A DNA stretch of 64,000 nucleotides. It comes from an uncultured delta proteobacterium. GTDB taxonomy: Bacteria; Desulfobacterota; Desulfomonilia; UBA1062. Location: assembly GCA_963798485.1 (NCBI GenBank), contig CAWCTR010000007.1:416001-480000 (forward strand), read 5' to 3'. Made by a program: the position numbers and the translations under genes. The notes under the pieces were generated by a model. It searched no databases and was not told the DNA's origin. It worked only from the letters and a program-made list of their open reading frames with translations. Positions within the stretch are counted from its first letter, which is position 1; each line of letters starts with the position of its first letter. Positions 41,064 through 50,887 of the stretch are shown here, in pieces.

Positions 41064-41225
41064 AGATTGATATCAGTCCTGAGATGATAGGTCCCTATGC
41101 AGATTTATCGAATATGACATGACCATAGATCTAGTAAGAAATTTATGGTGTTTTCAGGCAGTATAAGACCGATGAGTTATCGAAGAATAATGGTGAAACC
41201 TACCAGTGATCGCCTTGTGGCTTTA

Positions 41226-41570
41226 TCATAAGGAGAGTACCAGACGTATTCCAGCTTCGACTTCCTTCAATATGGGTGCATCTATGCTGCCAATTTTCTC
41301 AGTGAAAAAGGACTTATCTACAGTAATCAACTGTGAAACATTGACCACAGATTTTCTTGGTAAACCGGACTCCTTTTTCGACAAGAGAACATTGCCTGGT
41401 GCATCAGCTAGTCGAAGGTTAGAAGTAATAACCACTGCAATAACTGTGTTTATTCGGCTTTGATTAAAATCATTAGATTGGATAACAAGAAGAGGGCGTC
41501 TATAGCCAGGGTCAGATGCAATAGGCATAGGCAACGAAGCCCACCATATCTCTCCTCTGGATATCACCAT
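41226..41570 (-). CDS. mazF: PemK/MazF family toxin
   Basis: RGEIWWA, PGYRRP, Q.N.FN, SVVNVSQ. Confidence 0.92.
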   Translation of the reverse strand: MVISRGEIWWASLPMPIASDPGYRRPLLVIQSNDFNQSRINTVIAVVITSNLRLADAPGNVLLSKKESGLPRKSVVNVSQLITVDKSFFTEKIGSIDAPILKEVEAGIRLVLSL

Positions 41571-41800
41571 TCATCCTTTTGAAGAGATGAATACTGAAGC
41601 TCATGATCAGCATGATCCAAATGAGATAGTTCTTTAGAATAAACTTCGTTTAGTTTCTTTGTAATGGACTTATTCTTGTGCTCTTTGAGGTATTCTGTCA
41701 CTGCCTTAGAATAAAGCTGACTTCGTGATATACCAATTCTCTGTGCAAATTTATCTGCAGCTTCGAAAACTGAATCAGGAATTGATATAGCTGTCTTCAT
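41564..41800 (-). CDS. RHH antitoxin
   Basis: MKTAISIPD..F..A......SRSQLY..A; overlaps the toxin start. Confidence 0.88.
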   Translation of the reverse strand: MKTAISIPDSVFEAADKFAQRIGISRSQLYSKAVTEYLKEHKNKSITKKLNEVYSKELSHLDHADHELQYSSLQKDEW

Positions 41801-41806
41801 AATCTT

Positions 41807-41835
41807 ATGGTATAACCACAGTTATACTTTGTCAA
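41807..41835 (-). promoter_or_regulatory. TA promoter with palindromic operator
   Basis: TTGACA-17 nt-TACCAT, 6 nt before the ATG; palindrome GTATAAC-CACA-GTTATAC at 41810-41827. Confidence 0.7.
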
Positions 41836-42139
41836 GGGGTAAAAGAGATAACCAATAATCACACTACATTTATATGGCATATCTCGACAATCAATTCTTC
41901 CATAGTTGATTGCTTTAACTCTTTGATGAAGATGGAATCGATTCCCTTTGCTCATAGGATCATACCCGCCTTTTTTTATTGTATGCTCTATGTTTTTCTC
42001 TTGATGTAATGTATGCCTTCCAGCATATCTTGCAACTGGTACATGGCAGAACAAAGGTCCCGGCTCATTTATATCAGGATCAGCTGTAAGGTGAAGCAGT
42101 TTTACCTTGAGAATCATACCATTTCAAGGGAGGGTATGC

Positions 42140-42718
42140 ATGAAAAAAGATGTCCATGAGTTGTCCCAGCACCTGATGAACAAAGAATATCACTCACTTT
42201 CATCACAGCAGCAGCATGTCATCCGTCACATCTCTCGACGTGAGCATATAAGCAAGGATGTGGTTAAGGAGCATGAAGAACAGTACACCTTTGGTCAGAG
42301 GGCAGCAGACCGAGTAGCCACTTTCGGAGGATCATGGCCTTTCATCATTATCTTTTTTGCTGTTATGGCCGTATGGATCGGGATCAATTCTTATATTCTG
42401 ATCCAATGGGATAAAAAGCATATCTTTGACCCATATCCCTACATACTGCTGAATCTGGTACTGTCCATGATGGCTGGAATTCAGGCTCCGATAATCATGA
42501 TGAGTCAGAACCGACAGGCACAGAGAGACAGGCTCGATGCAAATCATGATTACGAGGTGAACCTGAAGGCTGAGCTGGAGATTATGGCTCTTCACGGTAA
42601 GATGGATCAATTGAGGGAACATCAATGGGAGGATCTGGTAAACATGCAGAAAGATCAGATTCAGATGCTAACCTCGGTGGTAGAAGACCTGAAGATAATA
42701 AAGCAGGGCACAAAGTAA
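42140..42718 (+). CDS. DUF1003 membrane protein
   Basis: FGGSW.FI, FDPYPYILLNL.LS, QAPIIMMSQNRQ. Confidence 0.9.
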   Translation: MKKDVHELSQHLMNKEYHSLSSQQQHVIRHISRREHISKDVVKEHEEQYTFGQRAADRVATFGGSWPFIIIFFAVMAVWIGINSYILIQWDKKHIFDPYPYILLNLVLSMMAGIQAPIIMMSQNRQAQRDRLDANHDYEVNLKAELEIMALHGKMDQLREHQWEDLVNMQKDQIQMLTSVVEDLKIIKQGTK

Positions 42719-43036
42719 TATGTGATCAGGTGGAAATCTGGGGTGTGGTCACGTGGGTGATTCACGGGCTTAGATAATAGCAACCCCTCCAAAGATAAAT
42801 AACGAATATATGGGTTACCATGGATCTCCTCGGTGTTTATCTGGGCAGCATGACGACAACTGATGAAAGGCCGGATTTCATGAATAACCACATGCAATCC
42901 CGCTGGAATATCAACAGGTCGATGCAAACCGGACAGAGCATCTGATCGAGCTTCTCAGTAGAAGTCCAGGACAGTCATGCATACAGACGTAAGATATAAG
43001 TCAGGAAGGCAGTTGTATCTCAGGCCACAGCATTCC

Positions 43037-43984
43037 CTAATCGGGAATGGAAATCCAGGTGGGAGGCAGGATGTCCCTATTGCCCCAGCCATTTTGAGGC
43101 GCTATTACAACCTTATGAGGATCTTTATTCAACCATGCCCCCCACCAGTGCAATGTGCTGTTTGAAATAACATAATGTTTACACAGGGTCATTAACCACA
43201 AATCAACGACAGCTCCCAGGTGAGAATCTTTTTCATTTATAAATGTTACATGATACTGATTTGAGGATAAGTAATATTTTGCCCATTCAATGTCTTGGGT
43301 AAAGACAAAGAGATGTGGTTCCAAGACCTTATTCTCAATCAGATGCATAGCTTTTTCATAATAATCCGCCCTAAGAATATTCTTTCGTGATCTTCTTTTA
43401 ATGGGTATATCATCGAAACGCCTTATTCCAAGGCAAACAGCATTGCATTTTTCTATAGACTTTGCCTCTTCTAATATTTCTGGTGTTAATGGAAAATCAA
43501 ACGAAAGCTTTTCTCTTAAGAATCCTTCAATCCATTCAAAGTACTTATATGACTGCCAATATCCATCATAGTAGGTCGTTCTCCTTATGGGCATTTCAAA
43601 AATATCTCGATCAAATCCTTTTACCTTCTCTTTGATGTAATTCCTTTTTATTAATGGGAGAAGCTTGTTGTATCTCCTTACAAGACTCCTCCTCCTCTCT
43701 CCCCATAAATGATAGAATGATTCCCATTCAGATGTTACCTCGTCATCGATTGAAAAGTGGTGAAGCAGATATTTTCGTTTATAAACCTTATCATTATAAA
43801 AACCACTTGTCGTATCCAACTTGATTTGAAGCCGATTTTTCATGGAGATAGATTTTGCAAAGGCATACATGAATAATTGATTGCCGAGTCCTCCCTGCAG
43901 CCTGATGATAATGTAGGGATCGTTTAATTTTGACGATCTTGTCATTTCTTGTTTATACACATAATCATCAGGCTTCATATCCAT
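43037..43984 (-). CDS. Alpha-1,2-fucosyltransferase family (GT11)
   Basis: GGLGNQLFMYA, GYWQS.KYF, CKHYVISNST..WWGAWL. Confidence 0.9.
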   Translation of the reverse strand: MDMKPDDYVYKQEMTRSSKLNDPYIIIRLQGGLGNQLFMYAFAKSISMKNRLQIKLDTTSGFYNDKVYKRKYLLHHFSIDDEVTSEWESFYHLWGERRRSLVRRYNKLLPLIKRNYIKEKVKGFDRDIFEMPIRRTTYYDGYWQSYKYFEWIEGFLREKLSFDFPLTPEILEEAKSIEKCNAVCLGIRRFDDIPIKRRSRKNILRADYYEKAMHLIENKVLEPHLFVFTQDIEWAKYYLSSNQYHVTFINEKDSHLGAVVDLWLMTLCKHYVISNSTLHWWGAWLNKDPHKVVIAPQNGWGNRDILPPTWISIPD

Positions 43985-44127
43985 AACACGTCAGACTTAC
44001 CATCTAAGTATAGAGGCAATCAAGTATATCAAGCCTTGATTGAACCCTGAAGTGAGCTGTAATGCTTTGTCTTCTTGTGCTAACAGTGCTATAGAGGGCC
44101 AAATAAACCCTATAAACACCGCACAAA

Positions 44128-45090
44128 ATGGATATCCTCTTCATAAAACTAGGCGCCTTAGGCGATGTGATCAATACCTTGCCATTGGCCAATACCCTCA
44201 AAGAGCAGCTCAATGCTCATATCCACTGGTTGGTTGAGCCTTTGAGCTACCCGCTCGTGGCTTCTCATCCGAGTGTTGAGAGGGCTATCCTCTTTAACAA
44301 AAAGGACTTGCAGCAAACCATCCCGGGAGTACTTAAAGAATTAAGGGAGCAGCACTTCGATATCGCCCTGGACCTCCAACGTCTTATTAAGTCAGGTCTT
44401 TGCTGCATGGCATCCCGGAGCGACAGGAGAATAGGCTTTGACAAGGCTCGGTGCAAAGAGTTCACGTGGCTCTTTCCCTTCGAACGAATCCCTGCATCCG
44501 ACCCTGCTGCTCACATGACGTACCAATACCTTGAATTCGCACGCTACCTGGGGATTACTCCAGGCGAAACCAGGTGGGATATCCCTGTCGCCGGCAGATC
44601 ATCCTTCAACCTGCCGCAACATTATGTCGTCCTTAACATCGGGGCTACCAAGGAAGCGAATCGATGGACAACCCAAGGGTTTGCATCCGCTGCTTTGGGC
44701 ATTAAGCAGCGTTTTGGTATTGATACTGTGCTCACAGGCGGACCTGAAGACACTGCATTAGGATGCCACATAGAATCTCTCATAGATGATCAGGTTTTCA
44801 ACCTTGTAGGCAGGACATCGCTTCTAGATCTCAAGGAGGTGTTGGCGGCAGCATCGGCAGTGGTGAGTTGCGATACAGGGCCCATGCACCTTGCCGTTGC
44901 ACTGGGCAAAGAGATAGTGGCGCTCATCGGTCCATCGGACCCCATGAGGACAGGCCCATTAAGGGGCAGGGTCATAAAGCTTGATCTGGACTGCATGCCG
45001 TGCAACAAAAGGAACTGCGAAAATCCGCAATGCATGAGCAGGATCACTGCGGAGATGGTGCTTCATACGCTTAAAGAAGTACTTGGGTGA
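44128..45090 (+). CDS. GT9 heptosyltransferase family
   Basis: ALGDVI, DLQRLIKS, DTGPMHLA. Confidence 0.9.
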   Translation: MDILFIKLGALGDVINTLPLANTLKEQLNAHIHWLVEPLSYPLVASHPSVERAILFNKKDLQQTIPGVLKELREQHFDIALDLQRLIKSGLCCMASRSDRRIGFDKARCKEFTWLFPFERIPASDPAAHMTYQYLEFARYLGITPGETRWDIPVAGRSSFNLPQHYVVLNIGATKEANRWTTQGFASAALGIKQRFGIDTVLTGGPEDTALGCHIESLIDDQVFNLVGRTSLLDLKEVLAAASAVVSCDTGPMHLAVALGKEIVALIGPSDPMRTGPLRGRVIKLDLDCMPCNKRNCENPQCMSRITAEMVLHTLKEVLG

Positions 45091-45121
45091 GCAGTAACCA
45101 AGCCCTCTTCATTTCTGATTA

Positions 45122-46123
45122 CTATGAATTTAATACCTTCCTGCATACATCGACCACCGCCTGCGCGTCCAGTTCCTCAAGGCATATCCTGTGCGTGCAT
45201 GGCTCGCGCAGATAACAAGGGGCGCACTTCATCTGTTTTTTCACCACTGCGCTCCTTGTATTTTGCGGCCCGGAATATTTTGGATCTGTAGGGCCGTAGA
45301 TGCCCACAACCGGAATGTCGAGGGCAGAGGCCATATGCAGAACCCCGGAATCGTTGCCGATAAAAAGTTTTGCCTTCTTGAGGATTCCGGTGAGCTCCCG
45401 CAAGTTGGTCTTTCCCGCTAAATCCACCACCTGTTGCACCCCTCCTTTCAAGAAATGCTCCACATGATTAGTGATGGTACTGGTGCACTCAGCACTGTCG
45501 CTTCCACCCACGAGCACACAGTCAAGACCGAATTCCATGGAAAGCTGAGCAATGACAGAAGCAAATTTGCGCTCATCCCAGGTCTTGGCAATCCTGCGGC
45601 TGGAGGCACCGGGTGAAACGACTACATACCTCAAGGGTAAGCCATCTACCTGGAGATATTTATCCACATGAAGGAGACCCACGTAGTTGTCCTGGGAGAT
45701 GGGGATGCCAAGCCTCATAAGGAGCTTGGCATTGTTGAACCACGAGTAATTCCCCTGGATGACCTCCTTGACATCAAGGCAAAGATCCCATGGGAAGTGA
45801 GTAAAACCTGCTTTGAGGTGTGCCCTGCTCAGCCCTGCTAGGCTGAGCGCCTCTTCAGAGCGGGCAAGCGAGATGAGAAGGTCGTAACGTTCCCTTATAA
45901 GGGTCCATATGAGACTAAGCCTGGCAAGATTGGTGTCCTTGTGGAGAATGATCCTGTCAATAAAGGGGCTGTCCATGAGGAGCCCTTCCAGATAAGGCCT
46001 CACAACAGAATGGATGGAGGCTTGAGGGAAATGGTCCTTAAGGGACTTTAACAGCGGTAGTGAGAAGATCAGGTCACCTATCTGATTTAAGTGTATGACG
46101 CAGATCTTGTTGTAGTTCTTCAT
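45122..46123 (-). CDS. GT9 heptosyltransferase family
   Basis: QIGDLI, NDSGVLHMA, YGPT, CAPC. Confidence 0.9.
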   Translation of the reverse strand: MKNYNKICVIHLNQIGDLIFSLPLLKSLKDHFPQASIHSVVRPYLEGLLMDSPFIDRIILHKDTNLARLSLIWTLIRERYDLLISLARSEEALSLAGLSRAHLKAGFTHFPWDLCLDVKEVIQGNYSWFNNAKLLMRLGIPISQDNYVGLLHVDKYLQVDGLPLRYVVVSPGASSRRIAKTWDERKFASVIAQLSMEFGLDCVLVGGSDSAECTSTITNHVEHFLKGGVQQVVDLAGKTNLRELTGILKKAKLFIGNDSGVLHMASALDIPVVGIYGPTDPKYSGPQNTRSAVVKKQMKCAPCYLREPCTHRICLEELDAQAVVDVCRKVLNS

Positions 46124-47349
46124 GAAAACGAATCCATAAAGATATTGTTTGCCTCAACCTCCCGGATTTCAGAGACATCCTTGTCCGAGGTAATGAGGTT
46201 CTCGATCCACCAGTTCACATGATGATTGATGCACGCGACCATACTGCACTCGAGCTTGGCATTAAACGACCGGATGGAATGTTCCAACCGGGCATGTGTG
46301 AAATCCAGGTTGGCCTTCCCCCGGTATCCCGCAGCATCCCCGATCTTGGCCTGTTCCACCCCCGTCAAGGCGGGACAGTGAAAGATGCCGCCTGCGGCTA
46401 ACACGGTCCTGAAGAACTGGCTATGGCATACCTCGGGCTGGATCTTGAGTTCATGTACCTTCTGATTCAGCATTGCATCAAGATTCACACTCTCATGTAT
46501 TTTAACATCAGTGCCGCCTGCTTCCTTGGCTTTAGCAAGGTTGTTTTTGATATCCTCAATGATCCCTGACTCCAACTCCGGGTCAGGTATTTCGAAAAGA
46601 GATTCCTTCTGGGAGACTTCGAGACGCAGCAGACAGGGCTTGAATGTTACATAATCAAAGGAGTGTTCTCTTGCAAGGGTTACTGCCTGGTCCATTTCAA
46701 AGATATTGGGGGTAAGCTCATGGCCGTTTACAGAAATCCCATCCCATACAATCATATAGGAGCAACCGAGCGTAATCTTGGGGTTGAGGCTTTTTATCTG
46801 TTGTGCATTGTCCAGAATGCCCTCAAGGTTGACCCTGCCCCTGGGCCGGTGGGACTTGAAAAAGGTGCTCTCCTTGCCGGCATCAATGGAGATCCTCAGC
46901 CAGTCGCCCTCCTGAAGCATATCAGCTACCTTTGCAACCTTTTCAAGTCTGGACCCGTTCGTCGCAATGCCGATCTGCAAGCCGCGCTCGCTGATGAACC
47001 TTACAATCTCCTCGAAATTCTTGTGGAGGGTGGGTTCGCCGCCGCCAATGATGATCACCGACCGCAGTCCGTTCTTCTGCAAAGTATCTATACTCCGTTT
47101 GACGGTCTCCAGATCGAGATAATCTCCGCTGTTGAGCAACCTCGAGTCCACACAATGCGGACAGGAGAAATTGCACGCCGTCGTTAGGTCGAGGTTTATC
47201 AAGACAGGTCCATATTTGGGGGACTGCACCCCATCCGGAGATCTCCTCACCGCACGTTGCCAGGTAATGTATCGCTTAAGGTTCTCGACAACCGAGGCCT
47301 GTCTCAGCTTGGCGCTTAAATCATGTTCCTTCTGTTCCCGTTGCTCCAT
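46120..47349 (-). CDS. Radical SAM enzyme
   Basis: CNFSCPHC, GGGEP, additional C-terminal cysteines. Confidence 0.88.
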   Translation of the reverse strand: MEQREQKEHDLSAKLRQASVVENLKRYITWQRAVRRSPDGVQSPKYGPVLINLDLTTACNFSCPHCVDSRLLNSGDYLDLETVKRSIDTLQKNGLRSVIIIGGGEPTLHKNFEEIVRFISERGLQIGIATNGSRLEKVAKVADMLQEGDWLRISIDAGKESTFFKSHRPRGRVNLEGILDNAQQIKSLNPKITLGCSYMIVWDGISVNGHELTPNIFEMDQAVTLAREHSFDYVTFKPCLLRLEVSQKESLFEIPDPELESGIIEDIKNNLAKAKEAGGTDVKIHESVNLDAMLNQKVHELKIQPEVCHSQFFRTVLAAGGIFHCPALTGVEQAKIGDAAGYRGKANLDFTHARLEHSIRSFNAKLECSMVACINHHVNWWIENLITSDKDVSEIREVEANNIFMDSFS

Positions 47350-47681
47350 CACACCCTCTCACAAGCGTGGATATTCTGCATAGATCTGCTGAAGCTACGA
47401 TTCCTCGCCGCACCTATGATTACCGCCTTCATGGTCGCACCCTTATCACAATCGTCACACTCATACAATCCGGACACTGGGTAAAAAAGCTTCATCTTCC
47501 AGCTCATTGTATGCCACAGATTATTGACATCATGATATATGGCAACTATTGCCTTAGGAGGAGAACAAGGTTTGATAAAAATTCACCACCTGATGAACCG
47601 CTATCCACTTTGAAGAATAACTCGGAAGACAGACCTTCATCTCCTCGCTCACCCGGAAACTCAAGAAGTATTCCTGAAGAC

Positions 47682-48692
47682 TTATGGGAGATACGGCTTC
47701 AGATGGTTCCCCAGCTCGCTGTAGTGGAACAGGCGGTTGAAATCGATGAGCCCTGCCAGTGCTCGAGAATGGACCCTCATCCCATTCTCCTCCAGGATGG
47801 CAACCGGGTTGAGACCTCCGATGACAATGGCGCCGAACCTGCCCTCCCCTACGGGTATCTCAAGCAATGTCTGTCCGGGCCTCCCGATGCGCATGAAGCC
47901 TCCAAGGCCGATTACGCTCAATCGTTTGGCCAGGTCCTCCACTACATCCCTGCTTGCGGATGGAAATTCCCTGAAGCTTGCACCTATCCTGCCGGTGCCG
48001 GATTTAACCACCCCGAGATAGTTCGTCATACCGCTGCGGATAAAGACCTCCAGGGGGTCCAGGCTCGTTCCATCGTACATGATGATCTCGACAAACCTCG
48101 TGGGTTTCTTCTCTTTGATCTCTAATAGCCCGCCGAATCGTGAATTCGTAGGGATGCCATACTTCAAGAGCACACCGTTGAGTGTGATGGAGCATACCGT
48201 GCCGATGCCCACCATACCATCGGGAACCGTTGTGTGGCCGATCTTCTCCCCGGGGGGGAGCACGGTTATGAGATTCCCCATGGCATAACCTTGTTCATAC
48301 ACCTTGCTGATCAACGAAATATTGTCATAGACATCACGCGGCTCTGTGTTCGTCACATTTATCACCACGCTGCCTGTAAGCGTCTCAAGGTCAAACTTCA
48401 TCCGGTAGGTCATCTGATCGATCCGCGCAGACAGGAAGCCCACCCGCTCGATAGTCTGGGATGTCTCTACCTCCTGTATGCCTTTTTTGGATATCTTGTG
48501 GCAGCGCCGGTTGGACTTTTCCGTAAGGCCGTGCTTCTCCAGCGCCTGAAGGTAGAACCTGACGGTGCGTTCGCTGATATCAAGACCGTGGGCCAGCAAT
48601 ACCTCATTGATCTTCAAACTGCTCAACGGTTTGTCCGCGTCTCGTAAGACATTCAGTATTACCTGCTGGATCTTCTTCCTCTTCTCTTGCAT
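47682..48692 (-). CDS. nrpR: NrpR-family nitrogen repressor (wHTH + NRD/DUF128)
   Basis: SERTVRFYL HTH; TVCSITLNGVLL, LDPLEVFI, GGLNP. Start moved to ATG 48692. Confidence 0.88.
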   Translation of the reverse strand: MQEKRKKIQQVILNVLRDADKPLSSLKINEVLLAHGLDISERTVRFYLQALEKHGLTEKSNRRCHKISKKGIQEVETSQTIERVGFLSARIDQMTYRMKFDLETLTGSVVINVTNTEPRDVYDNISLISKVYEQGYAMGNLITVLPPGEKIGHTTVPDGMVGIGTVCSITLNGVLLKYGIPTNSRFGGLLEIKEKKPTRFVEIIMYDGTSLDPLEVFIRSGMTNYLGVVKSGTGRIGASFREFPSASRDVVEDLAKRLSVIGLGGFMRIGRPGQTLLEIPVGEGRFGAIVIGGLNPVAILEENGMRVHSRALAGLIDFNRLFHYSELGNHLKPYLP

Positions 48693-48739
48693 GGTCGGAT
48701 CATTACCCAGGCTCAGCCGGAAAGTCAATGCACCTCTTA

Positions 48740-48894
48740 TTGGCAATATTGCCAAATCATATTTATTTCTTTGGCAAGAATGTGTTTATCGGTTGACCTT
48801 TTATCCAGTTTTATGTTATTTAATTAAGGATCGAAGTAGCCTTTTATGGCAAGCTGTTGCCGATCTTCAGTTCATTTCTGGCAATATCTTGCCA
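48740..48894. promoter_or_regulatory. Cluster of GGCAA-Nx-TTGCC palindromes (candidate NrpR operators)
   Basis: TTGGCAATATTGCCAA at 48740; GGCAAgctgTTGCC at 48848; tGGCAAtatcTTGCCa at 48879; candidate -35 TTGACC at 48793. Confidence 0.65.
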
Positions 48895-48922
48895 TCATAA
48901 ACCATACGGGGAGGACCTTTAG

Positions 48923-50563
48923 ATGATTCAGTGGCAGAAATCCAATGATGTTCTCGGAACGATCAATCGGGGCAATCCGGCGGAATCAGGGCTCTGCACG
49001 CTCTGTCGTGCAGATTGCAAGGGCAAGTGTGAAACGTGGCTTTCAAGCCTTGTGGGGAGAAAGCTCCTCTACCCCAGAGACTTCGGCATCGTTACGGCAG
49101 GCAGCTCCAATACCTGCCATGTGGGAGCATCTTATAACTCACTTCGAATCCAGGGTTATAATTATGGGGCTTATGGGGTGCCCAAAGGGCTCTCTAATTC
49201 ACCTGATGACTGCATATTCCCCAATGTAAATTTAGAGACGGAATTCGGGGCCAAGGTGAAGACCATGAGTCGCATCCCCATCATGACAGGCGCTTTAGGC
49301 TCCACCTTCGTTGCGGCAAAATACTGGGAATCCTTTGCAGTGGGTGCCGCCCTGGTAGGCATACCCATTGTGGTTGGTGAAAACGTCGTCGGCGTAGACA
49401 GAGAATCTGTCATCAAAAGGGGCAAGATCGTCAAGTCGCCCGAGCTCGATCGCAGGATCAACACCTACCTGCGTTATTATGACGGCTACGGGGCCATAAT
49501 CGTCCAGATGAACGTCGAGGACACACGAAACGGTGTTGCGGAATACATCATTGAGAAATACGGCGACAAGGTCATCATCGAGCTTAAGTGGGGACAGGGG
49601 GCCAAGGACATCGGCGGCGAGATTCAGGTCACCTCTCTTGACTATGCCCTGTTCCTCAAGGAGCGCGGCTATATTGTAGACCCCGACCCCACCAAGCCCG
49701 AGGTCCAGGAGGCGTTCAAGCACCACGCCATCAGGTCTTTCGCCCGCCACAGCAGGCTCGGTTACACCAACTTGAACTCCCCTGCCGATGTCCAGAAGGA
49801 CTTCATGAAAGAGGTGGGCTACCTGCGCAAGCTCGGATACAAGCGTATCTCCTTGAAAACAGGTTCATATGGTATGGAGGCACTTGCCATGTCCATCAAA
49901 TTTGCCACGGATGCCAACCTCGACCTCCTGACCGTGGACGGCTCGGGTGGCGGCACAGGCATGAGCCCATGGAACATGATGGAATCCTGGGGTGTCCCCT
50001 CCATCTACCTGCACTCCAAGACCCGTGAGTACTGCTCCATCCTTGCCAAGAAGAAAAAGAAGGTCGTGGACGTCGCCCTTGCAGGCGGCCTGGCACGCGA
50101 AGATCACATCTTCAAGGCCTTCGCCCTTGGCGCACCGTTCACCCGGCTCATCTGCATGGGCAGGGGGGCAATGATACCGGGCTTCCTCGGCTCGAACATC
50201 GAAGGGGCGCTGCACCCAGACCGCAGGGAAAAGATCAGCGGCCACTGGGATGGCCTGCCGAACACCGTGACCGAGATCGGCAAGGACGTTGACGAGATCT
50301 TTGCCGGGTACTACGATCTCCAGAAGAAACTCGGCGCCAAAGAGATGAAAAAGATCCCCTACGGCGCAATAGCCATGTGGACTCTGTGCGACAAATTGGC
50401 CGCAGGCCTTCAGCAGCTTATGGCCGGGGCCCGCAGGTTCAACCTCAAAGAAATCAGCAGGGACGATATATTCTCCGCCAACAGGGAGACCGTTGAAGTC
50501 ACCGGCATACCCTTTATCACCGATGTCCTCGATGAGGGCGCCAAGAAGATCCTCAAGTCATAG
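48923..50563 (+). CDS. Stand-alone FMN-binding glutamate synthase family protein
   Basis: CTLC..DC...C, IELKWGQGAKDIGGE, DGSGGGTGMSP, AGGL. Confidence 0.88.
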   Translation: MIQWQKSNDVLGTINRGNPAESGLCTLCRADCKGKCETWLSSLVGRKLLYPRDFGIVTAGSSNTCHVGASYNSLRIQGYNYGAYGVPKGLSNSPDDCIFPNVNLETEFGAKVKTMSRIPIMTGALGSTFVAAKYWESFAVGAALVGIPIVVGENVVGVDRESVIKRGKIVKSPELDRRINTYLRYYDGYGAIIVQMNVEDTRNGVAEYIIEKYGDKVIIELKWGQGAKDIGGEIQVTSLDYALFLKERGYIVDPDPTKPEVQEAFKHHAIRSFARHSRLGYTNLNSPADVQKDFMKEVGYLRKLGYKRISLKTGSYGMEALAMSIKFATDANLDLLTVDGSGGGTGMSPWNMMESWGVPSIYLHSKTREYCSILAKKKKKVVDVALAGGLAREDHIFKAFALGAPFTRLICMGRGAMIPGFLGSNIEGALHPDRREKISGHWDGLPNTVTEIGKDVDEIFAGYYDLQKKLGAKEMKKIPYGAIAMWTLCDKLAAGLQQLMAGARRFNLKEISRDDIFSANRETVEVTGIPFITDVLDEGAKKILKS

Positions 50564-50569
50564 CATCAA

Positions 50570-50608
50570 TAAGGGGTGGCCCTGCTTTAAGGGAAGGGCC
50601 ACCCCTTA
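50570..50608. terminator. Intrinsic terminator-like hairpin
   Basis: TAAGGGGTGGCCCT ... AGGGCCACCCCTTA just after the stop codon. Confidence 0.75.
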
Positions 50609-50887
50609 CGTAAAGCCGTTTCCATCAGATCAAACTTTTTTTTATTCCTCATAAAACTCAATGTCGTTTCGAAGCATTTTTACATCATAAAAGGAAGCTG
50701 GGTTGATGAACCCATAGAGACTCATGATCTCCGGTTTTAATACGGAGGCCCGATTCCGATTTAAATGCAATTTTACATCGATTGGTATTAAAGCTATTAT
50801 AAGTTACATGAACATCCTAAAAAAAGACGTTACAGCAAACCTTGGAATCAAACCTGATCCGAGGAAAAAGATTACACGGAGGATCGT

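Noticed and set aside
47367-48125. 252-aa + strand ORF, and other long antisense ORFs (8905-9645, 16693-17370, 19612-20466, 59229-60023)
   Set aside because: They are shadow ORFs opposite well-supported genes and show no motifs.
48847-48894. TGGCA...TTGC sites read as sigma54 promoters
   Set aside because: GG-to-GC spacing is 9 nt rather than the required 10, and the sites are palindromic.
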